From Trichodelitschia bisporula (Eukaryota): a stretch of 64,000 nucleotides of DNA. Position 1 is the first letter of the stretch; every line of letters starts with the position of its first letter. Both the position numbers and the translations under genes were made by a program. Shown here in pieces: positions 36,492 through 49,572 of this stretch. The notes under the pieces were generated by a model that had not been told where the DNA came from, searched no databases, and worked only from the letters and a program-made list of their open reading frames with translations. Location: contig ML996695.1 of NCBI GenBank assembly GCA_010356995.1, forward strand, positions 877,061 through 941,060. The letters run 5' to 3'.

Positions 36492-37558
36492 CTACGCAAT
36501 AGGTGGCAGACCCGCGGCCAGCGTATCCGACTTCAACCGCTCCAACGCCTCCTCCTTACTCGCAGGCATCAGCGCGCCTTCGGGCGGGCTATTCTTCCTC
36601 TTGAAGTCATCCGACATCTCCGCATACGTGACCCACTCCACACCCTCATGCGAATTGATATACTCAATCAATCTGCGTCCGTCAGCTCGCTCAACCGCTC
36701 CCCGCACATAGCAACTCACCGTTCATGCATGAGGATAACATGCGGCCTCCCGGACACATCGGGATGAATCGTAATCGGAAAAATAAACTCATCATACTCA
36801 CGGTAAAAATAGTCAAAATGATCGCGCCACAAATCCTCAACATCCCTCGGGTTAACCCAGCCATGGCTATTCGGCGCCTTCTTGATAAACATCATCGGCG
36901 GCAAATCGTCCAAATACCAATTCGCCGGGATCTCGACCAAGCCCGTCTCCTTCCCCGTCTTCAGCGGCTTCATCCACTCCTTCGCATCCTTTCCATAATC
37001 AATCTTCGTCCAGCTATCCCCAACGCGGGCCCAGTACGCCTCGCAATCGTGATGACTGAACGAGTGATCATACTCCACCCCATACTGCAGCAGGAGCTCG
37101 GCGCCCTCAGAACTGGTCTCCCACCACGGCGCCACGCTCCCACGGGGTGGCACACCGCCGCAAAACTCCGTCAGCAGCGCAACCGTCTTGGCCAGCACTG
37201 CACGCTGCTGCTCACTGCTCATGTCCACGGGGTTCTCGTGCGAGTACCCGTGGAGGCCGATCTCGTGCCCTGCGTCGCGCACGGCTGCCATGTCAGCCGG
37301 GAAAGTCTCGAGGCTGTGCCCGGGGATGAACCAGGTCGTGCGCATGTTGTACTTCTTGAAGAGCTTGAGGAGGCGCTGCGTGCCGACTGTACCAGCAAAA
37401 TAACCTGAAGAAGTAAGAATAACGCAAAGCAGACTGGAGAGGGGGAGCAAACCGCGGCTAATGTCGCTCGGTGAGTCTTCACCCCCGTAACTGCCGAGCC
37501 AGCCGGCGACGGCGTCGACGTCGACGCCGTAGCCGCAGAGGACGCGCTTTTTGCCCAT
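36492..37558 (-). CDS. Cytosolic CE4 polysaccharide-deacetylase-fold hydrolase, Helicobacter PgdA-like subfamily
   Basis: [70 protein letters not shown]; no signal peptide; introns 37405-37452 and 36673-36719. Confidence 0.93.
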
Positions 37559-38696
37559 TGCGGGGTTGAGAATGGGCTCTGAGGGGAGTGAAGGGTGTGA
37601 GGCTAGCTATGGGACTGACGGCGAGCAATTGGGCTCGCAGGACGGTGATGACGTGAGGGTCACAGCTGTGTCCTGTCGGCCGTCTATATACCCCTTCACC
37701 TCGCTTCCAGCGGCGTACCCCGCGTATCTGCTACCGCGTCACTATCATCGCGTCCATGCCGCCGTGCCGCCTATCGTGATCTAAGCGGCATTGGGATCTG
37801 TGATTGGCGGGGTACGGCGGGAACGGGAATTACTGCGTAGTAAAGAGTTACCTTATCAAGTTGAAAGACCGATGGGGTATCTGATTCCGCTGGCCGCTGC
37901 ACTACCCCGCGGCTGGCTGGATGGTGGTCGTCGCGATGCCAAGGTCTGACATCATGTGCGGGGTTGGCGAGGCTTATCGGCGGGGTGGGGTTGGTATGGG
38001 GAAGGGGAGGAAAGGAATGATGTGCCCGGTTCTTACGTTTTGATAGGCGTTCTTTGGTAGAGGTTTGGCTCTGGACGAGGCCATTGCTGGGGCTGGTGGT
38101 CGATGTAAAAACTGGGAATGTGAGGTTCGAATATGATTGCCTGATTGGGATGTGAGGCTGCTCGGATCGTCCCAAAATGGCAACCATGCCACTAAAGCTG
38201 TATTGAGTGTGCAAATCGTCGTGGCAACAATGGAGGAGATGGGCCTCCCTTACCAGCAGTACACGGCCCGAGATGGAGCAGGAGCTAATGGAGACACGAG
38301 GCAGGAGCTAATGGAGCCATAAGGCAGGAGCATTGCAGGACATTTGCCACATGGTGTATTTAGTCTTGAGCATCTCTCTCCTCTCCCCTCTCCTTCGTCT
38401 TCTATCGCCTCTCGCTTCACACCGCAGGTATTGCGCGTGTCAAGCCTTTTCTTCCGTAACTAGTTCTAACACCCCTTTTCACCTGCACCCTGATCAAAGA
38501 GGCTCTCACATCCCCTGTCCATGGCATGAATCCCTTCCCTGTAAGTCCATGAAAGTCGGCCCAGCGACACGGCGTGTACTCGGGGGGGAAATACCGCACG
38601 GCTGACCCGCCACTCATACCCCGCACGCATAAATCGCTCAAACGAGCCAAACCGTAAATCGCATAAATGGTATCCTACACGCTCCCAGACCCGATA

Positions 38697-40518
38697 TCAA
38701 ACCATCTTCGCCTCATCCGCCAACTTCCCGACGCCAACGCCTTCTGAGCTCGCCCCATCGCCCCCCTTGCCGTCAATCAAGTTCCCCTCAGCACCCAGCA
38801 TCAAATGATCGACGTTGACCTTCGGGCCCTTGAACCACTTCCGCGCGGACACGAACCACCAGACGGTAATGATGAACATGGGGCCGCCGTAAACGAGAAT
38901 GGTCCAGTTCATATCGGGGGGCCTGGGAACGCGTTAGCAAAACACTCCATCAGAGGGGGGAAAAGGGGAACACATACGTCAAATCTGCACCCTTAACGCT
39001 CGGAAAATTTAAGATCGGAATCATGAGGCACACGAACGCAATGCCAACACATCCAATCGGTATACTGAAGCGGCCCAGATTCCACGGTCCAGGCCTGAAG
39101 CGATTGCCCACGAAAAACACGCGGATGAAGACGGGCGTGATGAACGCGACTTCGGCGGCAATGGCACCGACGCTAAACAGCGCACCAATCGACACACTAC
39201 CGCCGAAAATCAGCAGCAGCATCAGAATCCCGATAACGACGTTAAACCACACCGCATTAACCGGCGTCCTGGTGCGCGTGTTCACATGTGACCAGTAGCG
39301 ACTAAGCGGAAAACACCCGTCGCGGGCATACGCAAACGTCACACGCGACGCGGCGATCATGCACCCCTGGCCCATGAAGAACCCCGCAATAATGGTGAGG
39401 CTCAAGACCGCCATTACGATTTTCTGTGGCAGGCATTGCATCAGGTACGCAGCAAAGGGCTGTCCGAGATCCGAGTCGATGGCGCCGGGGATGTCGACGA
39501 CCGTATATGCAACGACGAGCTGCAGGAACCAGCCGAAGATGCCGCCCAGCGTGCTGGTCATGACAATGGCGCGCGGCGCGGCGACGTTCGCGTTGCTGCA
39601 TTCCTCGGCGAGATGGAAGGGCGCGTCGTACCCGGACATGGTCCACAGGACGGCGACGAAGGAGAGCAGCACAGCGATGCCGTCGGGCCAGTCCGTGGTA
39701 TTGCCGATTGTGCCCCAGACTTCGCTGCTGGGAGTGAATTTGGACAGACCGCGGGACTCGCGGTCCGTACCGGCGGGAATGAGGATGAGGACGATGATGA
39801 GGGCGATGAAGTTGAACGTCGAGCCGAAGGAGTTGGTCTTCGCAAGCCAGCCTGTCGGCATGGACGACATGACGCCGTGGATAAGCATCAGTAGCACGGT
39901 GAGCAGAAACACATGCCAGTCCTGCGGGATGTAGCTCGGGTGGCTAATAGATGCGGCGGCGAGCAGCATGGCCGACGTGCCGTAGTTCACCGACGGTGCG
40001 CCCGTGATTTGCACCAGCCAGTTCGACCAACCCGTAATCCAGGCCGCGAAGGGGCCGTACCCGGGCGGTGCCAGCACGGCGGCTGCGTAGTACAGCCCGC
40101 CGCTCGTGGGCATAGAGGAGCACAGCTCGGCCATGCTCATGGCGACACACTGAACGCCGACCATGGCCACAATCCAGCCCCAGGTCATCCCTAACCTATC
40201 GTCAGTCACCAATTCAATTGCAGCTCGGGGATACGTACCTCCCGTCCCCGCATACCCCATGCCATAATACAGCGTGCTGGCGAATGACGGCAGCAAGCCG
40301 AGCACAGCGAAACTGACGCAAAACGTAGTGAACAGGCTGAACTCGCGCTTGAACTCCGGCTTGTAACCCAGCGCCGCGAGAACCTCCCCATCCTGATCAA
40401 ATTCATAATCCGGGTCGAACGAGGCGTCGGGTGGCAGCACCGACGTGACGGGCTCCTCTGCGACACTCTTCTTGCGGCGCGCAGCCGCGCTCGTGACGCT
40501 GATATTGCGCTCCGACAT
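38697..40518 (-). CDS. APC-superfamily amino acid/GABA/polyamine permease (ACT family)
   Basis: LGYKPEFKREFS, AELCSSMPTSGGLYY, GYDAPFHLAEE, SRV.FAYARDG.FP, MNW; introns 40191-40238 and 38923-38977. Confidence 0.94.
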
Positions 40519-42575
40519 GATCAATCGCGCACGGGGATGCGCAAGGACTCGACGGCTCCGATGGCAATGAAGAAGGCGATAAAAACAGCTGCGCTCAAGC
40601 TGACAACCCGTCCCGCAGGCGCAGCGCGGCCTCGCAGACTTAAGAAGGATTGCGCGCCCATCATCCGCTCCACTGGATCAGCGAGTCCGCACACATTACG
40701 GCGCGAGCGGGGGGTCAGGATGCTGGGCCTCAGGGGCGGCTATCATAGGTTCGGCGGCGGGTAGTGTGGCGGATGTGCTGCTGCTCCGTCCCACGCGCGA
40801 TAAGGCGCATGTTCCCCGCGTCTGAGCTACCTTGCTTGCGGCACACACGCCGCTACCGCACCCTGGACGGCTGGCGCCCATGGCCGGAAGTTATGATTTA
40901 AGAGCTTGTAACCGGCCATCATTTGCTGTTCCTGGGTACTACGGTAGGTTTGGTGTGGTAGACGTGCGGGGTCCAATGCGGGGCCTTGGTGTTTGTGTTT
41001 GGTGGGAATAGGGATGAGGTTGGAGCGAAGCCTGGTATCTGGTAGGCGCGTTGAAGCTGGGGAGATAGAGATACGGTAGTGCGGAGACACCCCCGGTCAG
41101 AACACCCAACCTCCAAGTTCCTGATCGCCGCCGAGGACTCGAAGCAGCAGGATACCATACGGGTGCTGGCAGGAGAGTGGACATGATGAAGCTTCATTGC
41201 AATGCACATACCTCCAATTCGCCTTCCTCCGCTCATCCACAACCACTCATCCTCGTCCTCGGTCGACGTCGTCGAAATCAAGCTCCGATAACCATTTCCG
41301 CGCCCCACCTCCGCACCAAAAAGCAAAAAGCGAGCCGCCCCGATAAGGCGGGGTACCCTCCCTACTCCCACCCTCGATAACCCGTGCGCCCAAACAAACT
41401 CCTCCAAAAAGCCTCCGAAGCAAAAAACGGCCTTCGGCGAGCGGCCCGTCATCCATGCGGCACAAATGCAACTGTTCAGTATCACGTCTGTGCAAAAGAG
41501 CCCGTCAGCATCCCAAGATGCGCCACACGCCCTGCCACATTCTGCTGTACCTGCCGAACGCAGCCTGGCGCCTTCCCATCCCACCACCTCCACCATCCGG
41601 GAACACGGCCTCACTCCCACCCATCTTCCGTATGCTCGGCAGGATAAGCCCTTCTCGGGATTACCGGAAAAAGGCCGGGATCGCGCGCACCAGAAGATCT
41701 TATTCCAACCTCGCGGCCCACCCACCCGGCGGATATTATGCCCATTGGGGAAGGGCCATACGAGAGCGCGATCTGCCCCTCCCCGCTTCGGCCCTTCTTC
41801 GCTCACGCTTCACAGTACCGTACTGCGTAGATACAACACCGCGGCGCTCGGCATGTGCTCCAAGCTGCTGCTTTTCATTACTACAGATAAGCTCCTCTCG
41901 CCTCATTGCCGACGAAGGCAGCATCTCACTCTCGCTCGCAAGATGGAAGAGTGAAATAAGCACCAAGCCACGCTTCGCGTTCCCTTTTTTGACATCTCCA
42001 CCAAGACCACTACGGAGAGAGAGAAAAGCGCACAACGAGTGGATGAGAGGATACAAGAGAGAGATGAACGTGCTCCGATAACGCCGACAAGGTTAACGAC
42101 GCTCAAAGAAATAAAAAAAAGGGGTTATCATCGTCTGACACAAAACGCTGCCCACAGAGCCCTCCTCTCGAATGCTCTACGTAAGGGGAAAATAAAGAAG
42201 AAAGAGGTTAAACAGAAGACAGGCAGACCCTCGCACTTAAGGGCCATACTTGTTCCCAAAGCTGATTACGAACCCGCTCAAACACCCGATAATATCCCCA
42301 CCTTCCTTGCCCTTTCCCTTTGCCCACCGCCCCCCATTCCTCCCAGCTGTTTTTCCAACTCGAAGTAAAAACGTTGGCACGACGCAAATGACAACCAGGT
42401 ATCCTGCCTACACCATCGCAAGATCCGTTCAAACGACAAAAGCTGTGCGCAAAGCCGGCCGCAGCCAACCCACGTCCCCACACCGTAGCCCTATAGCGCC
42501 CATGCGTGCGCAATCCCTAATCCACCAACAACCAAGCGACACGAGAGCCAGAGACGAAACGACCCAGCCACGTCT

Positions 42576-45500
42576 CTAGGATATCCCCAGCGAGTCTTGC
42601 TTCTGTATACCAGGCGAGCGGAACTGGCTATGGCGGTTCGGCGACGGCTGCGAGAAGTTATGCGGCTGCGAAAAGTTCGGCGGCGGGGTACCCATGGGTT
42701 TGGGGCCACCCATGCCCTGCGGCGGGCCGTAGCCCATGTGCCGCGCCGAAGTCTCGTTTTGCCACGCGTGCGGATCTGCTGCGTGCATGACGCCCGTCGA
42801 GCGTCCCTCGCGCGAGCGCTGGGGCCGGTGACCATCTGGTGACTGGATGGTCGGTTGGGGGACCTTGGCGAGGTCGCCGAACTTCTTCACGATCTCTTTT
42901 GTTGTGATGTCGTTGTTGTCTAGTAGAGCGGTCTCGCTCACAATGGAGAGAAGATCCTCCGGGACCTGGGCATGTTAGTTAGGCATAAGGAGGCGTGAAA
43001 GAAGTGATGTACCTCACACATGCTCTCGTTGCACTCGATCAAGCAGTGGATGGCTTCGATGGCCAGGAAGCTGAGGTCCATGTCGGGGTTGTTCTTGTTG
43101 CCCGAATGCAGGATATTAGGTGCGATGACTGTCGCCAGGTTATGAATGTCCATCTTGCTTCCCGTCTCCTCGTCCACCGTGTGGAACGATGACACCCAGT
43201 TAAGGAAGGAAAACAGAACTTCCATGGTGTCGCGGTGAACCTTAGGCAGCAAACAGCACGTGAGATGTAGCACCCTACGGCGCTTGTCCTCGTCGGGAAT
43301 TTCTGCACCTGGTTAGCACGCACTGAGGAGAAACATGAAGCAACTTACTCGCTGCGAGGATGAACAAGTGATGCAGCTTGTACGTCAAGATCGGATCAGG
43401 TAGCTCGCGCAAGAACTTCTTCAAGAGTGCAGCAACCTGCACAGCCGTTTCCCGCGTCAGGTCGACCCCCTCAGAGCCCTTGGTGTCGATTTCCTCTGCG
43501 AGCTCCTTCAGCCGGCGAATGTTGCCGTTCTTGCGGAACACGCCTTCGACGGACATGTCCATATTACGCATAGCAGAAACGGCATTCTCGACGATTGCTG
43601 GGATCCGCAGCGTTCCCGGACCAACACCATCCGTCGACTCGGCGCCGTCCCGCTCAACAACATACTCCAAGCTCTTTCCGAAAATACCCTTCTTCTTGTT
43701 ACCGCCCTTCTCATTCTTGAAAGCCTTGCCGAACCGGTCCCAGAAAGTAGGACTCTTTTTGGTCTCAATCAGATCCAGCAGTTCTTGCTGGGTGAACTGG
43801 TTGTCAAGCAGCGGTTCCATCGAGAACACGGCGATATGGCGGACGATAAAGTACTCCAACGCCGACAGCTCCGAGAAATATTTCTTCGGCCTTGAGCCAT
43901 GTTCGCGCATCCGATGATCAACGTCCGGGCCGTCCGAAAAATCGCGTCGATGCCCGTTCAAGAGCTTCACCTTCGGATCCTGCGCAACCAGGTGCCCACG
44001 GGCATACCTGGCCGCATTCGGACGCTGGTCCTTGGCTTGCTCGGCCTGCACGAGACGCGGGATGTCGTCGAGCGCCATCGACTGTGCGCCAAAGCTGACA
44101 TGAGATTCATCGTCGGCTTCGGGCATGGGCTCTTGCTGGCTCCGATCGGTCAGCCCGGTGCCGCCCTCGCGGATGATCGAAGCGCGCGGCCGTTTCGACG
44201 TGTTCGAGAGGTGGCGTTCGAGTCGCGTCGATCGCAGCCGACGAATGTCGCCGAGAGCTTGCTCATAGGACGCGGAGAGGCGGCGATTGTCTGCAGCACC
44301 CGTACCCGCGTAAGACTTTGACCTAGACTCAGACCGAAGCATATTCGGCTCACCAGATGTAGGAGACAGAGTCTGGCCACCATCATTTCCACTCGGACGA
44401 ATATTATCTACAAGGTAATCAGAACGTCAAGGCCTTCCAAGTATGTATCGGGTCTTACCATCGGTATGTGGGAGAGTGTTTGCATGACGAAGTGTCGCCA
44501 AAAGTCGAGCATGGGCGACTAGTAGCAGATGGACGTATTGCTGCAGTCGGGTAATGTACACAAATCCGCCCTGGGCATCAGGTGCTTGGCCGACGTGGTC
44601 TCTGCAGAAAGATTTACGAATATTTGGGCTCCAAAAAGCTTCCTGGTAGGTTTCGCTGACATCGCGCCCGCATGATGAGCAGACCATACAGGTTAGGTGA
44701 AAGTAGCGGCCCGACGCCTTCAGGCACTTGTCCTCAACCGGTTTTTGGCAAAGCGGACAATGATCGGCTTCCCCGCTGACATATGGCGCAGAGTCGGCAA
44801 CATGATTGGTCGCTTCCAGATCGTCCAGCCGCTTTTCCAGAGTGTCGATGCGTTTCAGGAATTGGTTAAGGCCTTCGGTACTGCCCGTTTCCCGCTCGAG
44901 TCTGAGAGCACCCTGCAGGCAGATGCGGATCAGAAGCTTGAGGTAGTGAGCAAGCCCGGTGACCAGTCCGAGGAGGTCTTGTGTCACACCAAGGCGTTGG
45001 CTACCGGATTCGGATGACGCCGCAAGGAGGGCAAAAAAAGCGACAACCTTTTTACACAGCAGCTTTGCCTCACGAGAATAAGCTAGACCTATGACTGTTA
45101 GCTTTCATTTTCGTAGTCACCAATTCAGATCACCTTTTGATGTTTGAGTGCTCAACAAGCGATCCAGCTCATCCGTGCACTGAAAGAACACATCGACATG
45201 CACAATGAACCGCCGCGCAGCACAGATACCATCGAAATATCCTCCGTTGCTGACGTTGATAAGCATGTCCGAAATGCATGTTGCCGACTTTTCTTCGAAG
45301 TTGGACAACGTCTGCCAAATCCAGATGACTTTGCTCTCCACGCGCTCCTCTTCTTGGCGCACAATCGTGCGTATTTCCTCGGTCGCATCGGCCTCGCTGA
45401 GGTCGTCAGACGGCAGCTGCGGCGGGCGGTCCTTTTCGGTATTGTGCAAGCGCACGTTCCAGTACTTGTGGATCATGTAGCATTCTGGGTGCCAGTGCTG

Positions 45501-46394
45501 ATTCTCTCCATTGCGGAAAATTTCGACAAACTGTTTTAGAATTGCATTGTGGCAGCCATGACACCGTTGAGCAAAGCGAGTTGAGTAATGATAGTGGCAG
45601 TATACGCTGCCTTCGTGCTCGTAGTAGCTGTCCTGCGCGCCAAAGATGGTTGGGCAAACGGAGCATGTGAAGTGCTCGATGTGGTATTTCCGCTCAAGAG
45701 CGGTGATGTACGATCCTCGAAGAGCACCACCGCATTTGGCACACAAAAGATCTAGGCGCTTAAAATAGTCTTTCTCGCACAGTGGGTACTGGTTGGGGCC
45801 TTCGTCCGGGACGGGGAAGAACTTGGAGGCGACAATTGTACCGCATTCCTGGGCATTGTTAGCTAACGCACATCAAAGAACGCGACATCGTGCAGAAAGC
45901 GTACTTACATGACATGTGAAACAATCGAGATGGTAGGTATTATCCAGAGCGCGAACAAACTGTCCTTGCAGCGGTTTCTCGCACTTGCCGCATATGCGTG
46001 ACCCGCTCGGCCTCCGACTGCCACTATTCGGGGTCGAGGCCTTCGGCCGCTCGGTCCCAGGGACTAAGCTGGATGGGAGATTGTTGCTGCTTCCCGCATT
46101 CTGGCGATCGAGCGGGAAGCTGTTCTGGCGCTCTGGCGGAAAGCTGTTCTGACGCACCCATTCCCTCTCGGCGGGATCTCTATCGTAGGGACCAGGGGGG
46201 GGGGCGCTACCCTGGCCAGGAGGCGGCGATGTGGTGTAGAGGCTGCGATTGTTCATGGCATGTCGCGCATCGTGACCAGGCGGTTGCATCTGTTGGCCAT
46301 GGCCGTATGCTGACGGACCGGCTGCTGGACCAGCGGCATCGGCCCAATCCCCGCGCCTATCCGTAGGCGAGCCGCCCGCGGACGGGGCACTCAT
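42576..46394 (-). CDS. LRG1: LIM-domain Rho GTPase-activating protein
   Basis: Three LIM domains (CGKCEKPL..QFVRAL...YHLDCFTC; CAKCGGALRGSYITAL; CPLC) and RhoGAP (SVEGVFRKNGNIRRL, LLKKFLRELPDP, KMDIHNLATVIAPN); about five introns. Confidence 0.93.
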
Positions 46395-48218
46395 GGCGAC
46401 GGCGCCTCCCAACTTTTGACGCTGAGGGTTGCGACGTTGTTGCTGTGCGCAAAGTGTGACTCCGGAGGTGCGAGCGGTGATAGAGATGCGATTGCGGGGG
46501 TGCGAATCGGAGGTCGATGTTCAGTATGTTGGCGACGGCCGGGGGATGGAGTGAGGGGGGCGGTGCGAGGGCGGTGAGATGAGCGGATGAAAGCGGGGCT
46601 GCGACGAGAGCAGGACGCGTGTGAGGGAGGCAAAAGGGTTTGCGAGATGAAGAGGAGAGCAGCAGGATGACAGGGAGGTGTGGGGTTGTAGATGGAGAGG
46701 GGTTTGGCGGGATTAGGTTGTGATCGGTGGGAGATGTTTGAGGGTTGTGGGTGGTTGTGATGGTTGGAGGTTGTGGAGGTGGTCGGTTGTTGTGCGGGTT
46801 GCGGGCGTGTGGACTGTGCTTTGGGGTGCTTGGGTGCTTGTGCAGTTGTGTGGTGGACTTGGTGGTCTGTGTGGGGCCGTTAAAAGGTTGCTGAAGAGAC
46901 GTGGGAAGTCCTGAACTTTTTCGGTATCGTTTACGGACAAGTTGGGGTTTCTTTAGTTAGACTGCACTACAATTTTGATACTGACACTGGTACTAGCTCT
47001 AGCACTGACAGAGTGCAGACTGCAGACAAGTTGTGGAGAGGGGGGAGAAAGCAGTGGCAGTGCAGTACTACGGATGTACAGCAAGCAGAGTAGGTACTCG
47101 TAGTGAGAACAAGGGCCGTTTCTGTTTCTTTGCTTGTGCTTGGTTTCCTCTAGCGTCTTTTTTTCATCTTTCTCCGCAGTCCGTAAATTAGTTTGACCAG
47201 CGGAGCCTGGGGAGGAGAACCAGGATGGGGATGAGGAGGGGGTTCGTGTCGGAGTACCAGTAAGCAGAGAAGAGACTTGCAGATGAGCGACAGACTGCAC
47301 AAGTCCAATCATGCAGAGATATGAGAAGAGAGAGGCGGGACGGGAGAAGGTTGGGCCAAGAGCCGCACGCTACGCTGTTCTCTGCACATCCCAATTGTCA
47401 GTTGAGGTTCCAATGCCAATTGTGGCTCATCCATAGTTTTGTAGCTTAAGGTACGGATGTAGCCGCAAGCATTCTATATCAAAAGCTCAACTCCTCGTGT
47501 GTCTAGCTAACAAGAGCCGCAAACCATTTGATATCAGAGTTCGACTCCCCACTCATAAGGACCCCCTCCCTCACAGCTCTCGTGTCCTCGCATGTCTCAT
47601 GTCTCTGCCCCTTCCGGAAAGCCTCCATCACTTCCACCACAGCATCTCACGAGACCCACGCGAACTCCTTCTTTGTACCGTACATCTGTTACACCACAGC
47701 TCTCCCATCGTGCCTATCCTGCTCGCCCGTTGCACTGCTTCTCTTACCCACGGCGCTTATGTATCCTGCTCGCCCGTTGAGCTTTAAGCCATGTTCCATC
47801 AAATATAGAAACAGTCTAGGACCCGGAACTACCCCCGCGCGGCTCTCCGACCTATTTGCTACCCCCCCCCACGTCTTATTTCCACATCTCTCATTTTCCG
47901 CCTCCATCTGTAGAACCGCATTCCACCCATCGCATTCTCGCATCTTGCATTATCATTCCATCCCACCATCTCCTTGACGAGACCAAACAAAAGCTCAGAG
48001 CCCCGCTAGCCTCAATAGCCCGCCGCGCCCACACGACCCCAAATATACCAAGCCTCCAGGACCCCTCTGCAAAGCCCAGACCATCCCCACAAAAAGTCAC
48101 CACCAACCTCCCCAGCCCACCATCACCACCACACTCAAGCAGCAACCCCGCACTCCCCACAAAGAGAATAGAAACCTCTTTCTCCACACTCTGTCAGAAA
48201 CCTACTGCTACAGCAACT

Positions 48219-48873
48219 ATGAACGGCCAAAACACCAACGGCAACGCGGGCGGCAACCCCAACGCTCAGAGCGAAATGTCCCGCCGCTTCGCCAAACCCA
48301 AAATCCCCGACTACCGCATCGCCATCCGCGAGCGGCCCAAGACAACCCCCGTCGACGAAGAAGCGGGACAAGAACTGCACCTCGGCGAGTTCCGCTACGT
48401 GCACGCGCTCTCCGTGTCCGAGGCGCGCCTCATCATGGACAAGTCGCTCGAGAACCGGCAAAAGCACAACAAGAAGATCGGTGACTCGGAGTGAGTGATG
48501 CTTGTTCGTCCTCTCTCAACCCAAAGTTAATCTCCTCGCCAACAGGGTCTTCTTGAAAATGCAGACGTACATCGATACCTTCGCCCGCTTCCGCGCGGAG
48601 AACATCGTCGTCGAGCTCGAGCTCTTATTCCATCAGTACCCGGCCCTCGAGACCTTTGAGCGCTCGCAGCTGAGTACGTTCCACTTCTTCCTTTCACGTT
48701 CCGCCTTTGAGCACCCCCAGCTGATCCGCCCGAACCCAGTCTCCCTTTGTCCCGGCGAAGCAGAGGAGGCCAAGACCCTCATCCCTTCCATCACGGACAA
48801 GATCTCCGATGACGATCTGCAGCAGCTGCTTGATGACATTGCTGCGCGCCGCCAGTACATGGTTGACGCGTAG
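48219..48873 (+). CDS. RPB4: RNA polymerase II subunit Rpb4
   Basis: EEA..L.LGEF....ALSVSEARLI, FARF, FERSQL..LC...AEEAKTLIPS; introns 48491-48546 and 48674-48739; alternative ATG 48276. Confidence 0.93.
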
Positions 48874-49572
48874 CCGTAGCCTAGCGGGCTGTTCGCTTGC
48901 ATGCACATGTACAAAAAGGATTGGTACTGGTAGGGATGCTATGGGTTCGGGTCTGGCGTAAACGGTTGGGGAGCATCATGGGATCGGTGCATGGCTTTGT
49001 TAACTACACGATAATGGCGATGTAAAATGTGAAGGGCTTCTTCGGTGATGTTGACGCTGTGAGAGAGTCACGATAGCTTAACACAACATGGGCAAAATCT
49101 AGATGGCGGACCGGTTCTCCGTGATTGCTATTTCAGAACCTCTGCTATGTACATCTATCCCCTCCACGGTTCCTCCGTGCTTGAGAATGGCCCCTCCACC
49201 AACCACCGAACCATATCGGACACGATGAATTCATCTGTCCAAACAAGGTCAGTCTTCAAACAGGACAAAGGGTGGTATCAGCAACTACGCAGCTCTCAGC
49301 GCGGTCGCACTCACACATCTCCTCAAAACAGGCTACCGCATATACAAAGCAACATGTAAAAGAAGCGGGAAACTGGTATAGAGAGAGTCCACACTCGACG
49401 CCGAAGTTCCAAATTGTCCCCCGAACCCCAACTCCGCGCTTGGAAAATACTCAAACATCCGGACTAAACAAAGAGAAAGTAAAAGAAAAAGGAGTGCGGA
49501 CAATAGCCCATAGCTTATCGTCAAATGGTCAGCGAAAAAGGTGCAGGATCAAAGAACATATTTTGCATAGTA

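Noticed and set aside
40919..41806. 295-aa minus-strand ORF
   Set aside because: Composition is not protein-like (Arg/Gly/Cys/Trp scatter); lies in the permease promoter.
2985..48739. Five stop-free introns of 3n length (2985-3026, 34718-34759, 37405-37452, 40191-40238, 48674-48739)
   Set aside because: Roughly what chance gives for some 35 short GC-rich introns; matters for annotation only.
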